Positions 16,837-25,100 of a stretch of DNA of 37,414 nucleotides are shown in pieces. The translations under genes were made by a program, and so were the position numbers. Source of the stretch: a virus (lineage: Duplodnaviria > Caudoviricetes); the IMG/VR virus record IMGVR_UViG_3300037420_001267, positions 1 to 37,414 of that record; one strand, written 5' to 3'. The notes beneath the pieces are model-generated. The model made no database searches. It had not been told where the DNA came from and was given only the letters and a program-made list of their open reading frames with translations. The stretch's first letter is position 1. Every line of letters starts with the position of its first letter.

Positions 16837-16875
16837 TTAGACACCTCCCTTATTCCTGTATTTACTTACTCCCTT

Positions 16876-16904
16876 ATTATAACATTCCCGGAAACTTGTG
16901 TCAA
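16876..16904 (-). promoter_or_regulatory. Consensus SigA promoter
   Basis: TTGACA-17 bp-TATAAT with a TGn extension. Confidence 0.9.
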
Positions 16905-16912
16905 AATACTTC

Positions 16913-16941
16913 AAAAAAAAGATAGGGATTTTTCCCTATCT
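16913..16941 (-). terminator. Intrinsic terminator
   Basis: GATAGGGA-AAAA-TCCCTATC followed by T8. Confidence 0.85.
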
Positions 16942-17559
16942 CAAATCGTATGGAAGAAACACCACGCAATCCAGGTTTAACTGCTGGCATAAAGCCTTGA
17001 TGTGCTTCTCCCTTGATTCCTTTAAGGTGTAAAAAATAATCACGGGCTTATGGCCTAGATCATATTTCATGACAGGGCTGACCTCCGCATAATTTTCCAG
17101 CTTCTTTTTGTTTTCTCCCATACTTTGGGTTCGGTCCACTTCAAGGAAATGCCATTTTTCTTCGTGGATAAAACGGGCATCCGGCCGTACATATTTCTCG
17201 TTGCCGACAGCAGGCGTAAAGGCTACCTTCCTTTCCACTTCCCACGTTTTTGGGCATCCATAATGAATGTACACCTCATTTCGCATGAGGTAATGTTCCG
17301 CCTGCAAGCTCCATTTGACTTCCTTTTCACTCCCGATCCAGTCCCTACCTTCCTTATTTAGATAGTAAACATTCTTTCCGTTCAGATTTTGGACATTCAA
17401 AAACGATTTCATTTCTCTTAAAACTTTGAGTGCGTTTCTATTCGAACCTAACGCGTGGATTTTTTGAAGCTGCTCCCTTGTCGCGAATCTCAATCCGTCC
17501 AGTGTGTTCAGGATATCCTCCTGCCGGTTCAGCTTTTTCTGGTGCTGGCTCAACCGCAT
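16936..17559 (-). CDS. Replication-relaxation family protein (wHTH plus PD-(D/E)xK, MOBC-like)
   Basis: ATREQLQ..VYYL.KEG..HYLMRNE..RPDA..FLEVDR..K...Y. Confidence 0.85.
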   Translation of the reverse strand: MRLSQHQKKLNRQEDILNTLDGLRFATREQLQKIHALGSNRNALKVLREMKSFLNVQNLNGKNVYYLNKEGRDWIGSEKEVKWSLQAEHYLMRNEVYIHYGCPKTWEVERKVAFTPAVGNEKYVRPDARFIHEEKWHFLEVDRTQSMGENKKKLENYAEVSPVMKYDLGHKPVIIFYTLKESREKHIKALCQQLNLDCVVFLPYDLR

Positions 17560-18826
17560 GGGCTGTTTCTCCTTTCATCAGGACCGGCACCTGGAATTTC
17601 TCCAGCCGTTCCCACATTTCTTCGTCCGTCAATAGCGGCGCTTGCATTTGCCGCAAATCGTGGCTTTTATACAAGGCCCTTCCTTTAATGTCTCCCGGCA
17701 ATTTCTCTGCCCCCCTCATGTCAATCGCAACCTCTGAAGCATAGCCCGTCGGCAGTCGAAACGTCACTTTTGCGTCGCTGTTCATTTTGATCTGGCGCGG
17801 CAGGGTGTCGGCCGTCGGATATTGAGTGCAATAAATCAGCCTGTATCCAAGGCCCCCTCCAAGCCTGGCAATTTCGCTGAAATAATACTGACAAAGGTTC
17901 AAAAGTTCTTTCAAGGTCCCCTTTTTTTGCAATTCTTCCGGAAGCAAGTGGAGGTAAGGCTCCAATTCTGTTATATCTTTCAGCTTTCTCGTCATGAATC
18001 CTTCTGCCGCCAGCTGGGCCGCTTCGTCCACGACAATGAACACCCGCCTGTTGAGAGGGCTGTTTACGATGTTTCTAATCCCCCTTTCTTTGAAAAAGGC
18101 CAAATCCTGGTGCATCAGGTTGTGAAGATACGTAACCATCAAAAATGTCTCAATATAATCACCGGCGACCCCCTTGACTTGCCGCAGGCGTTCGTACTCC
18201 GAAAACTCCAACCCTCCTTTCAGGTCGAAAATATAAAATTCCGCATCATCCGGGTGATGTTCAATCAAATACGTCATTAAGACTTTCAAAAAGACGGTTT
18301 TCCCAAACCTCGTCACCCCGGCCACTGTCATATGGGGGATGTGTTCCATGTTCAGATAAATCACTTCCTCCAGCGTGCGCCCGAGAGGGACGGTCCACTC
18401 GACTTTCCCTGCTTCATCCTTTTTGGGAGCCGGGATTTTCTTATAAGGGAAACGTTCCGGGATATCCCAATTAAATACGCTTATCACCATATGTTTTCGC
18501 AGACCATCCAGCTTCTTGAATTCCACCAAACAAGGACGGTTCAGGCCATCCGAGAAATAAGCGCCCTTCTTTTCCAATTCTTCCAGGACTAACGCTGACA
18601 GTCCAAGCGGCAAATCATATACATACCGCGTTCCGATTTCCTTTTCTTCTTCCATTATGGGCATCTTCTTTTTGAATTTTGGAAGCTCCTTTTCGTCCCC
18701 TGTTCCCGTATAGAATCCGATGTTTTTAAAAATAGTCTGAATTTTCTTTTTATCATTCTTTTTCGGCTGCGGCATCAAGGCGGCGGCCGCTCCTATAAAG
18801 ATGGGCAATAACGCATACTCGATCAT
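17438..18826 (-). CDS. FtsK/SpoIIIE-family ATPase
   Basis: N-terminal TM segment, PHMTVAGVTRFGKT, DLKGGLEF, VDEAAQL, TQYP, GAEKL..GRA. Confidence 0.9.
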   Translation of the reverse strand: MIEYALLPIFIGAAAALMPQPKKNDKKKIQTIFKNIGFYTGTGDEKELPKFKKKMPIMEEEKEIGTRYVYDLPLGLSALVLEELEKKGAYFSDGLNRPCLVEFKKLDGLRKHMVISVFNWDIPERFPYKKIPAPKKDEAGKVEWTVPLGRTLEEVIYLNMEHIPHMTVAGVTRFGKTVFLKVLMTYLIEHHPDDAEFYIFDLKGGLEFSEYERLRQVKGVAGDYIETFLMVTYLHNLMHQDLAFFKERGIRNIVNSPLNRRVFIVVDEAAQLAAEGFMTRKLKDITELEPYLHLLPEELQKKGTLKELLNLCQYYFSEIARLGGGLGYRLIYCTQYPTADTLPRQIKMNSDAKVTFRLPTGYASEVAIDMRGAEKLPGDIKGRALYKSHDLRQMQAPLLTDEEMWERLEKFQVPVLMKGETAHAVEPAPEKAEPAGGYPEHTGRIEIRDKGAASKNPRVRFE

Positions 18827-19009
18827 TCGACTTTCCTCCTTTTTTTGGCGCGCGCCCCCCCGTCATGGGATGCGCCAGCATTCCATAGGGGGATTTGGGA
18901 AGGGACCCAAATAGCTGGGCTAGTCCCGAACCCTGAAAAGTATGCAAAAACCTTGATAGAACAACAAATTCCAGTTCCAATTGCCGATTACCCCCTATGG
19001 CTGGCGGCA

Positions 19010-19258
19010 TTACCCAAACAACAGATGCCGTAACAGACCGGACGTAAGAACGGCCCACAGTACGAATACACAGACGGCCACACGAACGGACCACCGTATG
19101 GCGGCTTTGTTAATCTTGAGGCCCATCTTTTCGGCAAGCACAAGACCCAAAATAGCCACTCCTGTTCCGATAAAAAAGGTCAGACCTCCGTCAACAGCGG
19201 CAATAATTTTAGGGCTTGGCGCTAAAAACAATTTTAGGGGAATCGTTTCGTAAGCCAT
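19010..19258 (-). CDS. Two-TM membrane protein
   Basis: GGAGGT RBS before ATG 19258; two hydrophobic helices. Confidence 0.75.
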   Translation of the reverse strand: MAYETIPLKLFLAPSPKIIAAVDGGLTFFIGTGVAILGLVLAEKMGLKINKAAIRWSVRVAVCVFVLWAVLTSGLLRHLLFG

Positions 19259-19394
19259 GCTGCTCGACCTCCTTCCAAAAGCCGTCCATTTCCTTCGTGA
19301 TTCCCTCGCTCCGCTCAAACCCTGCCATCCACCCTTGCGAATAGCCGATAAACAGCCCCAACCCAAATCCGAAAGCCCCACATACGAATATCAT
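19209..19394 (-). CDS. Small membrane-anchored protein
   Basis: GGAGG RBS; hydrophobic N-terminus. Confidence 0.6.
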   Translation of the reverse strand: MIFVCGAFGFGLGLFIGYSQGWMAGFERSEGITKEMDGFWKEVEQHGLRNDSPKIVFSAKP

Positions 19395-19397
19395 TGG

Positions 19398-19664
19398 TTA
19401 TTCCTCCCACATATGATTGATGATTTTCTTCTCAATCCGACGGTAACTGGAGACTTCCGTGGCATCATGGCGATACATATGGTCCAAAATGGCGTTGTAA
19501 TCATCGTCCGTTTCGGCGTTCTTATAAAGATCATTCAATTCCGCCGATGAAAACAGGTAAGAGGTTCTTTTCATTTCTTCCATCTTTCTTTGATGGGACG
19601 TATCCTTTTTTGCCTCTTTATACCCTTCGAACATCGCCCAAACCAAATCGTTGAATCCCACCAT
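19398..19664 (-). CDS. Hypothetical protein
   Basis: GGGGTGA RBS before ATG 19664. Confidence 0.7.
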   Translation of the reverse strand: MVGFNDLVWAMFEGYKEAKKDTSHQRKMEEMKRTSYLFSSAELNDLYKNAETDDDYNAILDHMYRHDATEVSSYRRIEKKIINHMWEE

Positions 19665-19833
19665 TCTCACCCCCTGTTTAGAATCTTCCGTCTTGTCGCA
19701 TAATGTACTATAATGTAGTAAACGACCCCCTTTCGGCGGCGGTGTATCCGTACCGTTCTCCATATATATGCACGGCGGCCGGAACTCATACGTTGTACCT
19801 AAAAAAGGATGAAAAAGAAAAGGAGGAATAACC

Positions 19834-19998
19834 ATGTTTGGAGATTATGAAACCTACCACACCCCTAGCTGGGATTGGGAAAAATCCGTTTCCCACCATC
19901 CAGGGAAAATTTATAACTGTGAATACTGCGGTGTGGAGTTGTATAATAATGAAGTGTTTTTAGTCGGCGGCAAGCCTTATTGCGGCTGCTGCAAATAG
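19834..19998 (+). CDS. Small Zn-finger protein, 54 aa
   Basis: Not in the ORF track. AAGGAGG RBS; CEYC-x17-CGCC. Confidence 0.75.
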   Translation: MFGDYETYHTPSWDWEKSVSHHPGKIYNCEYCGVELYNNEVFLVGGKPYCGCCK

Positions 19999-20022
19999 AG
20001 AATTTCGGGAGAGTGTAAAGGG

Positions 20023-20535
20023 ATGCACAGCAACAAGAAGGAAATCGTGGATGTGTTGCATGAGGAAATCAAGAAAAGAAACTGGAATATGAGGCAAGCT
20101 GGAGTGTTTTTTGATGTAAATAACACCAATTTATACACTCTTATGAAGGAATATAAGGGTGTTTCTTTTGACCGGTTTATCGACATATTAGATAAGCTGG
20201 ACCTGAAATTGGTCGTCGAGGATAAAGATGCAAAGTGGGGCGAAGATATGGCACGGCTGCGCATGATGCCAAAAAAACTATTTACCACCGAACGGGTGGA
20301 AAACCGGGAGCTGGTGAAAAAACATGGATTCCATCCGCGCGTGGACCTGTTTGCTTCGCCGGAGATCGCGCTTAAATTCATTGGCGTGGATTGTGACGTA
20401 TATGAAATTTCCCTGGGTCTGCTGATGCGCCGGAAATTTGATGTAGTGGAGCATCCGTTTGGCACCATCTACAGCTATACAGAGCATATTCCGGCAGAAT
20501 CCATACGGAACTGGACCACCCACCGGCAAGTATAA
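20023..20535 (+). CDS. XRE-like HTH fused to a possible degenerate ART/Tpt1-like fold
   Basis: N-terminal NMRQAGVFFDVNNTNLY..VSFDRFIDILDKL; C-terminal KLF....EN..V.KHGF.P.V.L...PE.AL.F..VYEI..Y....IPAESI. Confidence 0.6.
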   Translation: MHSNKKEIVDVLHEEIKKRNWNMRQAGVFFDVNNTNLYTLMKEYKGVSFDRFIDILDKLDLKLVVEDKDAKWGEDMARLRMMPKKLFTTERVENRELVKKHGFHPRVDLFASPEIALKFIGVDCDVYEISLGLLMRRKFDVVEHPFGTIYSYTEHIPAESIRNWTTHRQV

Positions 20536-20711
20536 GGCGCTTTTGTGCCTTTTGCCAGGCGGAGCAACCCTCAAAATTCAAATGAAAACGGGGTGAATGC
20601 GCTCCCTAATCGCTGTTCATATGTATTGCGGCTGGAAACCGCAATGCTTGTTGCTCCGTCTGCCAAAGGGCATAATTGAAACGTAAATTTAGACGCAAAG
20701 GAGTGTTTTAG

Positions 20712-20855
20712 ATGGAACCTGAAAAATGTCCTTATTGCGGTGCTGAAGAAGTTGATAGAGAAGGTACTTTTTATGATGAGCAAGAAAAAAGAGAAATTGC
20801 TAAGTTCAGGTGTAATATCTGTAATTTTGAATTTGATGAAGATTTAGAGTGGTAG
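20712..20855 (+). CDS. Small acidic zinc-ribbon protein, 47 aa
   Basis: Not in the ORF track. AAGGAG RBS; CPYC..CNIC. Confidence 0.7.
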   Translation: MEPEKCPYCGAEEVDREGTFYDEQEKREIAKFRCNICNFEFDEDLEW

Positions 20856-20884
20856 TTCGCAATTCGGTTCAACTTATAAATAGC

Positions 20885-20924
20885 AAAAAACCCTGGGTGT
20901 TTGTGGCCCAGGGTTCCTTGTTTT
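20885..20924. terminator. Terminator between converging blocks (strongest for the - strand)
   Basis: A-tract followed by AACCCTGGG..CCCAGGGTT. Confidence 0.8.
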
Positions 20925-21038
20925 CCCAAAATTGAAAGTGGGGCTTTCGAAAATCAGGAAAGTGTTTAGGGTTTCAGTATATCAGAACCAATCCCGCCGG
21001 AGCAATACCCCAGTATCATCCAGCGGTTCCAGGTTCCT

Positions 21039-21710
21039 TCAATCGGTGATAAAACCGTCAAACCCTTTTGCTTTTAACTGTTGCAACAAGGTTTCCGCGT
21101 TGTTTCGGTCGCGAAATGCCCCTACCTGAACGCGATACAGCTTGTCCGATGGCGCTGGCTGCGGGGCCGGTGCCTGTTTTTTGACTAATCCAAACGCTTT
21201 GGCCATCCCGTTCACATAGCCCAGGGCGATCTGCTGCAAGAATGAATCCGATTTCAATTTGTTGGCGTCGGCGCTGTCAATGAACAGGTTTTCCCCAAGC
21301 ATCGCAGGCATGTGCGTTTCCCTTGTGACCGCATGATTCGCCCTCTTTTTGCCCCGGTCCGCCACATTTCCGATGGCTGCCATGACTTCCGGATGGATCA
21401 CATTTTGGTACGCGACTGATTTAGAGCTGGCATTGGTATGGATATACGTCTCAAACCCGGTACCTCCGCCTGCGTTGATATGGATAGAAAGAAAATAATC
21501 CGCATCAGCCCGGTTGGCGATATCTGCCCGTTCAGAAAGCTCCAAAAAACGGTCGTCTGTCCGTGTATACAAAACGTTTACACCCTCATACCCTTCCAAG
21601 AAACGGCCAATATATTTCACGATGGCAAGGGTCAGGTCTTTTTCTTGCAGCCCGTTTCCGACGGCTCCTGGGTCTTTTCCGCCGTGTCCAGCATCCAGTA
21701 TGATTTTCAT
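21039..21710 (-). CDS. Endolysin: N-acetylmuramoyl-L-alanine amidase (Amidase_3 plus SPOR-like, CwlC-like)
   Basis: LDAGHGGKDPGA..EK..SIHINAG..GFE..ENLFID; LYRVQVGAF..NA. Confidence 0.95.
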   Translation of the reverse strand: MKIILDAGHGGKDPGAVGNGLQEKDLTLAIVKYIGRFLEGYEGVNVLYTRTDDRFLELSERADIANRADADYFLSIHINAGGGTGFETYIHTNASSKSVAYQNVIHPEVMAAIGNVADRGKKRANHAVTRETHMPAMLGENLFIDSADANKLKSDSFLQQIALGYVNGMAKAFGLVKKQAPAPQPAPSDKLYRVQVGAFRDRNNAETLLQQLKAKGFDGFITD

Positions 21711-21892
21711 AGTCCATCCTCCTTTCTTTTTCCGTCTGCATATCCTTCACCGAGAATATAAGCTGCCACCATCGACACGATAGCGAAAACGGAATCTCCA
21801 TTCAGGCCAAGGTCGAAATAGTCATTGGCGATAACTGTAATAACTCCGGCAACAGTTACCAAGAATTTACGAGAACTCAGCTTCTTTTTCAT
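21707..21892 (-). CDS. Holin
   Basis: KLSSRKF, two TM segments, AYILGEG; directly upstream of the amidase. Confidence 0.85.
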   Translation of the reverse strand: MKKKLSSRKFLVTVAGVITVIANDYFDLGLNGDSVFAIVSMVAAYILGEGYADGKRKEDGL

Positions 21893-22116
21893 TTAAATCC
21901 CCCCTGCATGGCAAATCCAATAATGGCCAAAATCATTGCCCCAATAATGAGGCGGATAATCCATTGGGTGTTAGACTTGATGGAAGTAATGTCCGCTTTC
22001 ATGTCCGCGATGTTATGCTCCGCCACCGCCATACGTGTTCGAAAATCGTTCATGTCCCGTAACACATCCTTATAATCATCCTCCAGTTTTTTGACGCGAG
22101 CTTCCATTGGCTTCAC
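21889..22116 (-). CDS. XhlA-like hemolysin/holin
   Basis: Coiled coil followed by IKSNTQWIIRLIIGA and a TM segment. Confidence 0.85.
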   Translation of the reverse strand: MKPMEARVKKLEDDYKDVLRDMNDFRTRMAVAEHNIADMKADITSIKSNTQWIIRLIIGAMILAIIGFAMQGGFK

Positions 22117-22127
22117 CCCTTTATATG

Positions 22128-22160
22128 AAAAAAGGAACGCCCCCGAAAGGGCATCCCTTT
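22128..22160 (-). terminator. Intrinsic terminator after the giant gene
   Basis: GGGATGCCC..GGGCGTTCC followed by T6. Confidence 0.8.
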
Positions 22161-22167
22161 AATCTAC

Positions 22168-25100
22168 CTAATCTTCATGTTCAGCATCTTTGTTTTCCCG
22201 CGCGAGTTTGGCGTAATACTCCATGTTGGCATAGTCGAGAGGCTCCTGCCCTGCCCCCAGCCTTGCCATATCCCGGATGGCGCGGTTGATGTTGTCAATG
22301 TGATACCCTTTTCGCTCGCCCGAAAGCGTCTTGTCGGTGCGGGCATAGGTACGCAAGTGCCGCAGCTGGGTCAGGTAATTGGCCGCATCGCGGGCGTATC
22401 TTACCTTGTCGTTTGGCTTGTTTTTAATCCCATTACGGCTGTGCTCCTCCTCCAGTTCATCTTTCTTGTCGTAAAACTTGGTGGTGGAGAACGTGTTGCC
22501 GTCCGCGGCATCCGCCACAAATGAACGCTCCAGGATGCTCCGGTCGCTCGTCGGCTTTTCCCCGTATGGGTTCGGGACAAAGGCGCTCACGCCGCTTATC
22601 GCCATGTTCCCCAGGGTTCCGCCGAGACTGCCCGCAAATTGGTCAATCTTGGTTGGCGGTACATCAAACACACCGCCTAACCATTTCGCGAAATCGGTGG
22701 TATAGTCATTCACCTGTTCTTCCGGCGGCCGGTTGTCATACGGCTGGACTGTATTTCTCCAGTTAGAGAAATCTTTCTCGGCCATCCACTCCAGGAAAGG
22801 AACGAAAGCCGTTGGCAATAAGGACGGCACCATTGAGGTCGCTAAGTTTTTGGCGAACCCTTCGAATGCGGTCCGGTCCTCCCGCATGGATTGGAAGAAT
22901 AGACGCTCCGGTATCACCTTGAACGCAAATCCCCACTCAAACGGAATCGGGATTTTTAAGAATTTTCCGTCCCCGATTGGAATATTCCAGAACAGGTCGC
23001 GTTCCCATTGTTCCAGTTCCCAATAATCATCGTCGTCCCAGTTCAAAGCGGCGAGCAGCATGGTTGGCAGGGTAATGAACAATGAACCCCTCATAAGCGA
23101 ACGCACCGGATGGTTTTTGATTTCCCGCATGAACCGGTCCGGACCTTGAAGGGCCACGTTAAAGAACAGGCTCACCCGGTTGATGTTTTTCGTGCTTTTG
23201 CCGAACCGGCTGAAATCCACGTCCACATCACGGCTTTTAATCGCCGCTTCCACTCGGTCCGCCCCTTTTCTCCGGGCCTGCTGGTATTCGGCAATCCGGA
23301 TGGTTTCGTCCGTCACCTGGGCAACATGGCGCAAGAACTTATAGGCCGGTACGGTTCCCAGCGTCAAGAACGCTTCTTTCAAGACTTTCGAGACATTCGG
23401 CTTAAACAGCATCCGGTTCTTGGCATCCCGGAAATACTCCCGCTCGATGGATAGAATGGTTGACTGGGCGCCGCCCGCGCTCATCCAATCCCAAAAAAGC
23501 GCATCTTCTTTGCCGACCGAATGTTTGACCGCTCCTTTCAACCCTCTCCACAGATCAGGAAGAAGGTGCAGATAATCGCTTGGCTTCGTATAGCTGTCAG
23601 ACTGCATCAGCATGGTTGGCAGCGCCCGGATAGGACCCCTTGGAATAAACGTCGGCGACAGCGTAATCCCGGTCCGCAGGATGTTGTTTGGAATCGCAAG
23701 CAGCTTCATCCAGTCTTTGATGGTTTCGTTGTCCATCGCCGTTAAGGCCCGGAACAATTCTTCATCGCGTACTTCGTACAGCTTTTGTTTGCCGCCGTTC
23801 CACACGGTCACGATGTTTTCGGTCATGCTTGGCGCCACAAACGGGCGGAAAATCCGGGACATTTTATTTAAGTCAAGCTCGGTGTCAGCCAAATCAATGC
23901 CCGCATCGTTCAAGACCGATAAAATATCCTTTTCCAGTTCTTCCAGGTTGAAAGTAGTCACTTTCGTTTTCGGGTCCACTTCCACCATGATATCTGCGGA
24001 ATCTTCCCCTAACAGCTTCGTAAGGGCTACCCCTACATCGTTTCGCTGGGCCAGGTTCAGGTACATGAAGGTGTTCTTCATGATGCTCTCCAGCGGGTCA
24101 ATGATGTTCCTTGCCGAACCGGTTTCTTTCATACGCTTGACCGGGTTCGCTGAATTGGCGAATTGGTGCCGCCTTGTTCCGCTTTGGCCGCCTTCCCGTT
24201 CGCCGGATTCTTCCATGACGCGGTAGAACGGCACGTAAAACGGATACTTGTCGTTCCATTCATCCACGCTCGATTCTTTCAGCACGCCGCTGTCTACGAG
24301 TTCCCTTGTGACATAATCCTGATATTCATAGAGGCTGTCGGCCGCCGCCGCATAATCGGCGCTTTCGGCATCGAGTTCCGCAATCAGCGCATTGGCATCG
24401 TTCACGGAAATCGGCGTCTTGTACTTCCCTTCATCATGAAGGGTCAAGGCGTGTTTTGCTTCCAGATAATAACGGAAGTTTTCAATGTCCGGCACGCTTT
24501 CCAGGATTTCTTTAAAGCTCGGCGCGATCTTCTGCCCGGTCGCTTCGTCGATAACGCCGTATTCCATAAAGGCTTGGATTTTTCCGGAAGTTCCCCTTGT
24601 TCTCCAGGCCAAGAGATACGGATTCTCTTTCCCTTGCAAGTCGCGGTCGCCTTTTAGCTTCTCGGTTGCGTGTTTCAGGCCGACTAATTCCTCTACCCAA
24701 TCGGCGTAATAGTCGCTCGCCTTTTTCTTTTTCTTCCGCTTTTTGCGTACATCCGTCACACCGCTAATCCGCGCTTTTGCCGACTGCCCTGTCCAGGTGT
24801 CAAACATGGCGCCAAGCTGGTTCAGGGCTTCCAGTTTCCCTTCTTCCGTCATTTTCTCGACGAATTCATCGTAAAAATCCATCCCTTGGACAGCTGAACG
24901 GTTGTACAGGTATTCGCGGACGAATTCCGCTGCCCCCTCCATTGCTTTCTCGTCATCCGACATATTGGCCGGAATGACAAGGTTCGCTTCGGCCAGGTCG
25001 ATTAATTCCTGCTGGTTTTGGGCGTTGATCAAGTCGTATTTATTTTCGAGCATATGCCCAAGCTCATGCGCCAGCACCACAAAATCAGCGAAATTCTTGG

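Noticed and set aside
20596-20686. 29-aa ORF (MRSLIAVHMYCG...)
   Set aside because: RBS spacing too short and no recognisable features.
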